A DNA stretch of 64,000 nucleotides from an uncultured Bacillota bacterium. Lineage in GTDB: Bacteria; Sysuimicrobiota; Sysuimicrobiia; Sysuimicrobiales; Segetimicrobiaceae. The notes under the pieces were generated by a model, which saw nothing but the letters and a program-made list of their open reading frames with translations, was not told where the DNA came from and did not search any database. The stretch covers positions 32,001 to 96,000 of the forward strand of contig CAWDRG010000004.1 in NCBI GenBank assembly GCA_963804645.1, given 5' to 3'. The position numbers were made by a program, and so were the translations under genes. Shown here in pieces: positions 1 through 7,973 of the stretch (position 1 is its first letter; every line of letters starts with the position of its first letter).

Positions 1-138
1 AGCAGCACCGATATCCGAGCCCGCGTGCGCGAGGGCCGCCCGATCACGTACCTCGTGCCCGAGGCGGTCGAGCAGTACATCAGCACGCACGGGCTGTACC
101 TGAAGGCGGCGTCGCGGGTTCGGAAAGGGGCCGGCTAG
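1..138 (+). CDS. nadD: Nicotinate-nucleotide adenylyltransferase, C-terminal fragment (runs off window)
   Basis: Frame 1 translates [33 protein letters not shown]..., the typical NadD C-terminus. The stop overlaps the rsfS start, matching the usual nadD-rsfS order. Confidence 0.85.
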   Translation, partial: SSTDIRARVREGRPITYLVPEAVEQYISTHGLYLKAASRVRKGAG

Positions 139-476
139 TGGAGGCCCGGCGCAAGGCGCTCCTCGCGGCCGAGGCCGCGGAAGCGAAGCTGGCGGACCGC
201 GTCGTGGTGCTGGATCTGCAGGAGCACAGTCCCGTGACCGACTTCTTCGTGATCGCGACCGGCAGCAACCGGATTCAGATCAAGGCGATCACCGAGGCGG
301 TCGAGGACGCGCTCGGAGAGGCGGGGGAGCAGTCGGGACGGGCGGAGGGCCGTCGCGGCGGCCAGTGGGTGCTGCTCGATTTTGGGGACGTCGTCGTGCA
401 CGTCTTCGATCCGCGCGAGCGCGAGTTCTACAACCTCGAATGGCTGTGGGGAGATGCCCCGATCGTCGAGCGGTGA
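138..476 (+). CDS. rsfS: Ribosome silencing factor (Iojap/RsfS)
   Basis: Motifs DFFVIATG and WVLLDFGDVVVHVF...REFYNLEWLW. Confidence 0.95.
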   Translation: MEARRKALLAAEAAEAKLADRVVVLDLQEHSPVTDFFVIATGSNRIQIKAITEAVEDALGEAGEQSGRAEGRRGGQWVLLDFGDVVVHVFDPREREFYNLEWLWGDAPIVER

Positions 477-512
477 GGCGCCGGGCGATCGAGCCCGCGC
501 GGAGCGCGCGGC

Positions 513-541
513 TGGACCTCGGCGCCGCTGTCCGATATAAT
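513..541 (+). promoter_or_regulatory. Sigma70-type promoter for tRNA-Ala
   Basis: TGGACC (513-518), 17 bp spacer, TATAAT (536-541), just upstream of the tRNA. Confidence 0.65.
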
Positions 542-578
542 GCAGGGGTCCCGCGGGTGCCCGTCCGCGGATCGGCGT

Positions 579-653
579 GGGGCTGTAGCTCAGCGGGAGA
601 GCGCCTCTTTGGCGTAGAGGAGGTCGAGGGTTCAATTCCCTCCAGCTCCACCA
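579..653 (+). tRNA. tRNA-Ala (GGC)
   Basis: GGGGCTG/CAGCTCC acceptor stem with G3:U70, anticodon arm CCTCT-TTGGCGT-AGAGG, TTC T-loop and encoded CCA. Confidence 0.97.
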
Positions 654-680
654 CGTTTTTCAACGTTTCTGAACGCGTGC

Positions 681-1008
681 TCAGCCGCCAGAATCCGTCG
701 GAAGTCCTAGCAACGTATTAGCAATTTCGGCGGCCCGTTTCTGCGCCTCAAGCCGAGGGTGCGTGTACCGCTTGAGCGTAAACGCCGGATTGCCGAGTCC
801 CAGCCGCGCCGCCGCGATCGAAGCGTTTCACGTCGGCCTCAGCCATTTCCGTGGTGATGAGGTGGCGGAAGTCGCCGGACTCAGGCGTGCGTCCGGCGCG
901 CGTCGGCTGCCGTTCGATCTTTAGCGTGGGCAAGGAGCGGTTCAGGTCGACGGCGCCCTCAGAGAGACCAAGCAGTTCGCCTAAGCGCAGCCCGCGACTG
1001 GCGTTCGT
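681..1008 (-). pseudogene. Tyrosine recombinase/integrase remnant
   Basis: Minus strand reads GLRLGELLGL..VDL...TLKIERQ (box I) and DFRHLITTEMAEADV (box II). After a frameshift it reads ARLGLGNPAFTLKRYTH..AQKRAAEIAN (LGH changed to LGL, catalytic Tyr retained). There is an in-frame stop at 1009-1011 and no N-terminal domains. Confidence 0.8.
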
Positions 1009-1398
1009 TCACCCACAGTGCAGACAGTGCTGGTCACAGCTGGGCCACGAGAGCGCTCGCGACCACGCCGGCCGGCGGCAGAAGCCCTACGTGGGTTGAG
1101 TGGTTGACGTTGTCGCGACTACTATCACGCCCCACGGACCACGCAGATGCTCGCCGAGTTTGATCGGCGGAGTTTTTAGGAGAGGATTAAACTCGAGTGC
1201 AAGAGTGTGCTCAACACGCAGATGCCGCTCAACACGCAAATGCTCCTAGCATGACCCTCCTAACGGAGGATACTCGCGGGCACGACGTGACGCGTAGAGT
1301 TAGGCTCGGAAGGGCTACACTGACGTTTCCGCGCAGCCGGACGAGAGCATGGAGTCCGTGGCCTGCACCGGAATAGTACGGCGGAGGGATCTGATACC

Positions 1399-2145
1399 GT
1401 GGACAAACCTCTCAGGTGGTTGGCGACAGGGCCCATGCTGAGATTCGCACCAGCAGCATTGCTGTTGTTTGGGGCGTTGACCCTACTCCCACGAGCCTCA
1501 CTCGCGATCACGATTGTTGATCCGCTACACGGATACTGCGGGGGCGTGGGACAATGCGTCGACAATGGCACCAATAGTCCCACAAGCACGAACCCCCCGA
1601 GCAATTTTGGTTTCACGGTCTCACCGGGATCTGCTTCGGGGGATTTACTGCTTGACGTGCTGGCTCCGGACAACGTAGCGTCTGGTCCCCCGTACGCGAT
1701 CTCGGGGACACTCACAGGCACCGCCCCCCTGTTTAGTGCCACGCCGTGGACCAGCGGGGACTTGGACACGTATTTGGGGATCAGCGCTTCTCCCGCGAAC
1801 CCCATCGGCGCATATCTTCCCTCGACTATAACCGTAGATCCGGGCGCGACGGGCTTCCTCGTGTACCAAGCGGACTTGGGGACGACCACGCTTCAGGGCC
1901 CCTCCAATCCCAATGTGTCGCCCCTTGAGACCCTCGGTTCTTCACTTCCCCAGGGAAGCTACATCGTAGGGTTCTTGAACGAGGGCACCATTGGCGCGCC
2001 GAATTGGGTAGCGACGGCCAACAGCGGCGCCATCTTTGAGACAAGCGCACCCAGCCCTGTGCCTGAGCCGGGCTCGCTCGTCCTCATGTTCACCGGCCTC
2101 GTCGGCCTTGGCGGCGTGGTGCGACGGCGCTTGACCGGTCGCTAA
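1399..2145 (+). CDS. PEP-CTERM sorting-domain secreted protein
   Basis: Signal peptide, Ser/Thr/Gly-rich body, and C-terminal VPEPGSLVLMFTGLVGLGGVVRRR. Confidence 0.9.
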   Translation: MDKPLRWLATGPMLRFAPAALLLFGALTLLPRASLAITIVDPLHGYCGGVGQCVDNGTNSPTSTNPPSNFGFTVSPGSASGDLLLDVLAPDNVASGPPYAISGTLTGTAPLFSATPWTSGDLDTYLGISASPANPIGAYLPSTITVDPGATGFLVYQADLGTTTLQGPSNPNVSPLETLGSSLPQGSYIVGFLNEGTIGAPNWVATANSGAIFETSAPSPVPEPGSLVLMFTGLVGLGGVVRRRLTGR

Positions 2146-2167
2146 ACACAGCGCTGGACTGCAGTAT

Positions 2168-2413
2168 CTAGTTGTCGGAGAAGACCGGGAGTCGATTCCC
2201 GGTCTTCTCTCGTTTGGTACGTCCAGCTTGAGCGTTGACGAGTGGAACCAGTCGCTGGATCAGATTGGGATCACAGCATTTCTCGCGGAGGAAGGCGGCC
2301 GCCGTCGCACCGTCTGGCACTGAGCCAACCTGGACCCACCTGCCGAACCGGCGCGCATGGATCGTACCATCCGAGCACAGCAGGAAATGCGCGTTGAAAC
2401 CAGGTGTGCGCAA
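2168..2413 (-). CDS. Small hypothetical protein or gene fragment
   Basis: 81-aa ORF inside the island with no recognised family. Confidence 0.3.
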   Translation of the reverse strand: MRTPGFNAHFLLCSDGTIHARRFGRWVQVGSVPDGATAAAFLREKCCDPNLIQRLVPLVNAQAGRTKREKTGNRLPVFSDN

Positions 2414-2766
2414 TTTAACAGACGCTACGCCCTTGCCCTAGTACGTTTAATTGGGATGGTATCGGGAGGCAAGGCACGCCATGCCATGGTCTGCACCTGC
2501 CTTCGAATCAGTCAAAGAAGGACCGTGGCTGAAAGGCGGGCCCCGCAATCGGTGAACCGGACCTGGTTATGGAGCACGCGACGACGGTCATGTCCAACAT
2601 CCGGGAAATCTGGCCCGCCCTCACGGACGAGGACGTCCAAGCCATGAACGCCTGGAGGTGGAGCGCCCGCCGCCAAGGAGCGCGAGACCATACGGGACCT
2701 CCTAATAACGGGATCGTCAGCCCATTCGTGGCACGGGCGCACCGAGCACAGAGAGGAGATCGTGCG

Positions 2767-3978
2767 ATGAGTATTATGGCATGGATTGTGGTGGCACTGA
2801 TCACAGGCTGGGTAGCGAAAACGATGATACTGGGCAGAAGGAACTGGGGGACACAAGCGATCATCGCGATCGGGGTGAGCGCCACCCTTCCGTTCCTTGG
2901 GCTAAGCGGGGTCGCATCCGCTCAATCGGCAGTGAACGTCCAGGGAACTATCGCTGCCGTCGATTGCCAGCGCCAAACGATGAGCGTTGAGACCGCTAAC
3001 GGCCGGCAGACATTCGCCGCGTCGGGCAATGCGTTCACGAACGTGGACGCGACAAATCTGCCGTTTTGCAGCCTCGAAGGCTACGTGGGCGCGCCGGCGA
3101 CGGTGTGGCTCGCGCTTGGCGACAATAATCAGCTCCTAGTCACCGAAGTCAACGTGACCGGCCCTGTCGCCACGGCTCCGGCCACAACGGAAGTCGTATC
3201 GACCCTCCCCCTTTGGGGCATCGTCCTCGGCACGGTCGTCGACGCGGGACTCTTGTATCTGGTGACCCGCGGGCCCGACGGAAACTACTATCGATATCCG
3301 TACTATGGCGGATACTACCGGCACTATTACCACTCCGGATACCGACCATACACAGGGTTCTATCCGGCATCGGCTCCGATCATCACGGTCGCATTGGCGA
3401 TCATTGGCGCGGTGATTGGAATGGTGATCGTCGACGGCGACCCGTACATCGTCTCCAACTATGGGGGGCATTACTACCGGTACCCATACTATGGTCCATA
3501 TCATCAGTACTACTACCGACCGGCGTATCAAGGGTATCAGCGGCCGTATGCAGGAGCGAATGTGAACGTATACGTGAATGCGTCGGTGCGTCAGGGAGAC
3601 TCACATTGGGATGCGCCGGCTCACGCCATGGCCCAAGTGTATGGCACTCCGGCTGTACGAGACTTTCCGCAACAGCAGCCGAAGGCGGGGACGCACCAGC
3701 TAACGGGAACACCGTCGCATAAGCCACAGTCCGTGACGCACCAGCCCATGGCACCGGCACCGCAGAAGTCGCAGCCCGCGACGCACCAACCCACGGCACC
3801 GGCACCGCAGAAGTCGCAGCCCGCGACGCACCAGCCCACGGCACCGGCACCGCAGAAGTTGCAGCCCGCGACGCACCAGCCAGCGGGGAAGTCACAGAAT
3901 CAGCAACCGCAGTGTGGAGGTAAAGGGCAGCAGCCCTGCTCGAATCAGGGGAGTAATCAGAACGGGAGTAGTAAATAG
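2767..3978 (+). CDS. Hypothetical secreted/membrane protein with Tyr-rich duplicated motif and Pro/Gln repeat tail
   Basis: AGGAG RBS before ATG 2767, hydrophobic N-terminus, two YYRYPYYG motifs and APAPQKSQPATHQPT repeats. Confidence 0.7.
   Translation: MSIMAWIVVALITGWVAKTMILGRRNWGTQAIIAIGVSATLPFLGLSGVASAQSAVNVQGTIAAVDCQRQTMSVETANGRQTFAASGNAFTNVDATNLPFCSLEGYVGAPATVWLALGDNNQLLVTEVNVTGPVATAPATTEVVSTLPLWGIVLGTVVDAGLLYLVTRGPDGNYYRYPYYGGYYRHYYHSGYRPYTGFYPASAPIITVALAIIGAVIGMVIVDGDPYIVSNYGGHYYRYPYYGPYHQYYYRPAYQGYQRPYAGANVNVYVNASVRQGDSHWDAPAHAMAQVYGTPAVRDFPQQQPKAGTHQLTGTPSHKPQSVTHQPMAPAPQKSQPATHQPTAPAPQKSQPATHQPTAPAPQKLQPATHQPAGKSQNQQPQCGGKGQQPCSNQGSNQNGSSK
3751..3880 (+). repeat. 45-bp coding tandem repeat (~3 copies)
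   Basis: Units GCACCGGCACCGCAGAAGT(C/T)GCAGCCCGCGACGCACCA.. start at 3751, 3796 and 3841. Confidence 0.9.
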
Positions 3979-4249
3979 GTTCTTCTCAGCCCGGGGCGTG
4001 CAGTAACTGGGCGCCCCGGGCTGAGCCCTGCGACATTCCACGGTCTTCGTATAGCAGGTTAGTGACGCGTGGACGGTTTGCGATCTTACCTAAAATAAAA
4101 TCGAGATGTGGCTGGCGGAACGCGTGGCTGTCTACGATCAGAAGAGCGGGGGAGCCGCATCGTGCCGGCTCCCCCCTAGGGCTCGAAAGTCCTAGCAAAG
4201 TATTAGCAGGTACCTCGCAAAGCCAGGAGAAGTAAGGCGCTGCACAGTA

Positions 4250-4304
4250 AGCGCCTCTTTGGCGTAGAGGAGGTCGAGGGTTCAATTCCCTCCAGCTCCA
4301 CCAC
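4250..4304 (+). repeat. attR-type duplicate of tRNA-Ala 3' end
   Basis: Identical to 600-654 and lacks the 5' acceptor strand and most of the D-arm. Confidence 0.9.
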
Positions 4305-4436
4305 CAACGGCCCCACGGGACCGGCGGTCGCCGGAGGCCGCCCCAACACATCTTTGTTACAATACCAAGCGAATACTTAAACGAACGCTTAAAATCGGAA
4401 GACGCGCTACGAGTCACTCCTAGGGGAGGCGATCAC

Positions 4437-4925
4437 GTGAGTCCGATGAAGAACCTGTTTACCGCTGGTGCGCTGCTCGGAATGATGGTCTTGGTGTTCG
4501 GCACGCCGATCTCCAGCTTTGCGCAGGCGCCGCACGGCGGGGACGCCATGCTGATCAGTCAGGTCGAGACCGAGCTCAAGACGGCTACGTTCCATTCGGG
4601 TGAACTCGCGCAGAAAGTGAACGCGCTCGCGGGCGTGCAACTGCATCTGCATCACGTCATCAACTGCCTCGAGGGCCCGAACGGGCCGGATTACCTCGCG
4701 TCCGCCGGGTACCCGTGCCAGGGGCAGGGGAACGGGATCATCCCGGATTTGAAAGTCGCCGTGATGCACATGGTCCCGGGCTCGAGCGCCGCACTGCAGG
4801 AGGCGGAGACGTGCCAGATGCTCGCGTTGCAGGCGGTGGTGTCGAAGGACATCAACGAGGCGCAGCCGTTCGCGCTGGTGATCTCGCGGCATCTGCAGAC
4901 GGCGAGCCAGTATCTCAGCCAGTAG
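4437..4925 (+). CDS. Secreted hypothetical protein, HLHHVxNC motif (paralog 1)
   Basis: Signal peptide, GGAGG RBS and strong similarity to the next ORF. Confidence 0.75.
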   Translation: MSPMKNLFTAGALLGMMVLVFGTPISSFAQAPHGGDAMLISQVETELKTATFHSGELAQKVNALAGVQLHLHHVINCLEGPNGPDYLASAGYPCQGQGNGIIPDLKVAVMHMVPGSSAALQEAETCQMLALQAVVSKDINEAQPFALVISRHLQTASQYLSQ

Positions 4926-4974
4926 CGCGCGGGGACGGGAATACGCGTCAAGGCATCCTGACGCAGGCGGCCGC

Positions 4975-5475
4975 ATGAGTCCGGCGATGCGGCGTGCCGC
5001 GGGCGCGGTCGCGGTAGTGTGCGCGCTCGTGCTCGGTCTGCCGATGTCGGGCCTGGCGGGGAACAGCGGGCAGCTCCCGCTCCAGGATGCCAGCAGCCTG
5101 CTGGTCAGTCAGATCCAGTCCGAGCTCACGACGGCCACCTATCATGCCGGCGAACTCGCACCGAAGGCGACCACGCTCGCGGGCGTGCAGCTGCACCTGC
5201 ACCACGTGTTGAACTGCCTCGAGGGACCGGCGGGGGTGGATTTCTCCGCGGCGGCCGGGGACCCGTGCCAGCGACAGGGGAAGGGGATCATCCCGGACCT
5301 GCAGGCAGCGGTGCAGCAGAACCTGCCCGGCGCGAACGCCGCGCTACAGGAGGCGCACACGTCCCAGATGCTGGCCCTGCAGGCGCTCGCGTCGACGAGC
5401 CTCACGAAAGCGCAGCCGTTCGCGCTGACCGTGTCCAAGCATCTGCAGACGGCGAACAAGTACATCAGCGAATAG
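4975..5475 (+). CDS. Secreted hypothetical protein, HLHHVxNC motif (paralog 2)
   Basis: Signal peptide; shares LAGVQLHLHHVxNCLEGP...AGxPCQxQGxGIIPDL with 4437-4925. Confidence 0.75.
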   Translation: MSPAMRRAAGAVAVVCALVLGLPMSGLAGNSGQLPLQDASSLLVSQIQSELTTATYHAGELAPKATTLAGVQLHLHHVLNCLEGPAGVDFSAAAGDPCQRQGKGIIPDLQAAVQQNLPGANAALQEAHTSQMLALQALASTSLTKAQPFALTVSKHLQTANKYISE

Positions 5476-5489
5476 TCGAGCGGATACGT

Positions 5490-5525
5490 GAGCGGGGCCG
5501 GCGGCTCGAGCCGCCGGCCCCGCTC
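5490..5525. terminator. 36-bp perfect palindrome between convergent genes (probable bidirectional terminator)
   Basis: GAGCGGGGCCGGCGGCTC-GAGCCGCCGGCCCCGCTC, without a U tract. Confidence 0.55.
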
Positions 5526-5556
5526 CCATGTCCAAGGCTATCCGGGCGCGCCGTTC

Positions 5557-7146
5557 CTACTGGGCGACGATCGCGGCCGTGTACCCCGCCGTGCGCACGC
5601 GCCGCGCGAGGGTCTGCGCGTCCTGCTCAGAGCCGAACACGCCGTAGTGCAGGACCGCGCGACCGGGGGCGAACGACGTGAGCGTCAGTGTCGGCATGAG
5701 CCCGATGTCGAGCATCGCGACGGCGCGGCGCTCGGCCACGACGCGCGGCAGCGGTCCCGAGACCACGAAATAGTGGTGGGGTGCCGGAGGCGCGGCCTGC
5801 CGGGCGCTCGGATGGCGTGCCGTGCGCGGGGCCCGAGCGAAGTGTCTCGTCGAGCGCGCCGCCGCCGGCTGACGCGCGGCAAGGGGAACGTTCGCGGGCG
5901 CCGCCGTGCGTTCGATCGGATCGTGCCGGAACTCCGCGACCACCGCGGGCGCCGGCGCCGGCGTGCCGTGCTGCGGCGGCGCCGCACGCAGCCACCCGGT
6001 GGAGCCGAGCGCAAACCCGGTGATCAAGGCCACCGCGACTGTCGCTACTGGCACGAAGAAGCGGGCTGGCCCCACGGCGCGCTCGCGGACCGCGGCGAAC
6101 GGCACCGCCGTCTCCGACAGAGGGGACTGCCGCCGCGCGCGTGCGTGGTCCGTACGGTACGCTCTCGTCGTCCCGAACAGGCGCCGTTCGGCCGCGTCCA
6201 GGAGATGTTCGAGATCCGCGCCGTCCCCCGGCCAGGTGGCCGTGCCCCACGTCATGCCAAACGGTGCGAGGCTTCCGTCGTCGGTCTCGAGCTCCAAGCG
6301 GCGCAGGCCTAGCGACGCGAGCGTTTTTTGGGCTTCGAGCGCCGTGGCGCCGGTGAGCAGCAGGAGAAACCCGTTCCCGCCGTAGCGGATCGCCAGATCC
6401 TCCGGCCGGATCTCCGCGGCGAGGATTTCTGCGACCCGGAGGGGCACGCGGTTTGCGCCGTCCTCGAACAGCGCCGCTTCATCCCCATCCGTATCCATGA
6501 CCGCGATGGTGAAGCTGCGGTGCGTCCGGGCCGCCTCCGCGACCTCGGCCTCGACGCGGTCGGCAAACGCCCGAAGGTGCGCGACCTCGAGCGTCCCGAC
6601 GTCCTGGGCGAGGCCCGTCAGCGGATTCGCGTCCGAGACGTCCCTGAGGTGCCGGTCGAGATGGCGCGTGACCTCGAGGGCGCCGGCGAGATACCGGCCG
6701 ACCGCGGTCAGGAGCGCCAGATCGGCCTCGCGCAGCATATTCGGGCGGGGACGTCCCACGCACAGCACGCCGACTGGCTGTCCCCGGACCTTGAGCGGCA
6801 CGTACACGGCGCAGCGGATGCGGGCGCCGCCGGCCCCGGCGTCAATTTCTCCACGGGAGACGAGGATGGTCCGGCCCGACCGGAGGACCGTCTCCCAGGG
6901 GCCGCGGTCCGCCGGGATCGAAGCGCCGTCGGCGTCGGCGAACAGCCCCGACGCGGCCCGCACGACGAGGACCTCGTCCGCGTCGTCGTCCAGCATGGCG
7001 GCGGCGCACGAGTCGTAGCCGAGTTCGCTCCGAAGCGACCTCAGCACGGCGTGCAGGAAGTCGGTGAGGCTGAGCGCGGTCGCGGACTCCGCGGCCAAGC
7101 ACTCAAGAAACGTCGCGATCTTGTTGAGTCGGGTCTCTGGCGGCAT
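5557..7146 (-). CDS. GAF + degenerate GGDEF + TM + SPOR-like protein
   Basis: GAF (VPLKVRGQPVGVLCV), GGDEF fold (IRPEDLAIRYGGNGFLLLL, AAERRLF), one TM helix and C-terminal YGVFGSEQDAQTLARRVRTAGYTAAIV (SPOR-like). Start estimated at ATG 7146. Confidence 0.7.
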   Translation of the reverse strand: MPPETRLNKIATFLECLAAESATALSLTDFLHAVLRSLRSELGYDSCAAAMLDDDADEVLVVRAASGLFADADGASIPADRGPWETVLRSGRTILVSRGEIDAGAGGARIRCAVYVPLKVRGQPVGVLCVGRPRPNMLREADLALLTAVGRYLAGALEVTRHLDRHLRDVSDANPLTGLAQDVGTLEVAHLRAFADRVEAEVAEAARTHRSFTIAVMDTDGDEAALFEDGANRVPLRVAEILAAEIRPEDLAIRYGGNGFLLLLTGATALEAQKTLASLGLRRLELETDDGSLAPFGMTWGTATWPGDGADLEHLLDAAERRLFGTTRAYRTDHARARRQSPLSETAVPFAAVRERAVGPARFFVPVATVAVALITGFALGSTGWLRAAPPQHGTPAPAPAVVAEFRHDPIERTAAPANVPLAARQPAAARSTRHFARAPRTARHPSARQAAPPAPHHYFVVSGPLPRVVAERRAVAMLDIGLMPTLTLTSFAPGRAVLHYGVFGSEQDAQTLARRVRTAGYTAAIVAQ

Positions 7147-7441
7147 GGCTTGCGCCTCCTCTGCGAGCGTCGCCGAACCGCTAGTGATCCCCCCACCGTA
7201 GCGTATGCCCACGCCGGCGGCTCCGCAGACCGGGCGCCGGCGCCCGTCACGCCCCCCACGGGATCGCGGCGCGGAGGATCTCACCGGCGCGCGGCCGTAT
7301 ATGCTCCTCGTGTTCCGGGAGTCGACGCGGAGGTCGCGCCGCGGGCGGCGCCCTCCCGGCGCTCATCCACACCGAGATGCTCACGCAGTTGACGCAGGGG
7401 GGACTGACCTTGGACGCGGGGGGCGTGGGGGACGAACGACG

Positions 7442-7855
7442 GTGTTGATCCTTCCACAGCTCTGGCATCCACTGGTCGTGCACTTTCCGATCGCACTGTG
7501 GCTGGCGAGCACGTTCTTCGATGTGCTGGATCGGCGGCACGCGGACCCGATGTTTCGGCGGATGGCGTACTGGCTCGTCGGGCTCGGTCTGATCGGAGCG
7601 GCCGTCTCGATCGCGCTCGGGTGGACCGACTTGTTCGCCCAAGAGGCCCAGGGCGTCGGGACGGCGCTCATAGTGAAGCACGGCTACCACAGCTGGGCCG
7701 CCTACGTGGCGACCGCGACCTACCTCGCGAATTTCATCTGGCGGTGGCGCACCGACAACACAGCCGCGGACCGGATCCTGCCGCTGTCCCTGCTGGGCGC
7801 GGTGCTGATCGCGCTCACGGGATGGCTGGGCGGCGATCTGCGGAGCGTCATGTAG
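7442..7855 (+). CDS. DUF2231-type membrane protein
   Basis: HPLVVHFPIAL motif, four hydrophobic segments and the C-terminal TGWLGGDL. Confidence 0.8.
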   Translation: MLILPQLWHPLVVHFPIALWLASTFFDVLDRRHADPMFRRMAYWLVGLGLIGAAVSIALGWTDLFAQEAQGVGTALIVKHGYHSWAAYVATATYLANFIWRWRTDNTAADRILPLSLLGAVLIALTGWLGGDLRSVM

Positions 7856-7973
7856 CGCCGGGCCGGTGCGCCGGCGGCGCCCGGGTGGGGAGGGCTGGCG
7901 TTGCGCCGGCACGAAATACGGACGGCGGCGCCGCCGTACTCCCACACGAGGTCAGGCGGACCCGGAGCGCGGC

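Larger units (their letters stand above)
600..4304. mobile_element. Degenerate tRNA-Ala-integrated genomic island (~3.65 kb)
   Basis: 55-bp exact direct repeat of the tRNA 3' part (600-654 = 4250-4304), an integrase remnant beside the tRNA, and visibly more A/T-rich sequence than the flanks. Confidence 0.85.

Noticed and set aside
3751..3880. CRISPR-like array
   Set aside because: Contiguous in-frame 45-bp coding repeats with no unique spacers and no cas genes.
4250..4304. Second tRNA-Ala gene
   Set aside because: Only the 3' 55 bp are present, with no 5' acceptor strand. It is an att duplicate.
6200..6520. GGDEF protein as the cGAMP or c-di-GMP synthase for the riboswitch
   Set aside because: The signature is GGNGF and the metal-binding region is degenerate, so catalysis is unlikely.
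7856..7973. T-box leader before leuS (or alaS)
   Set aside because: No T-box consensus or terminator was seen, and alaS is translationally coupled to the upstream gene.
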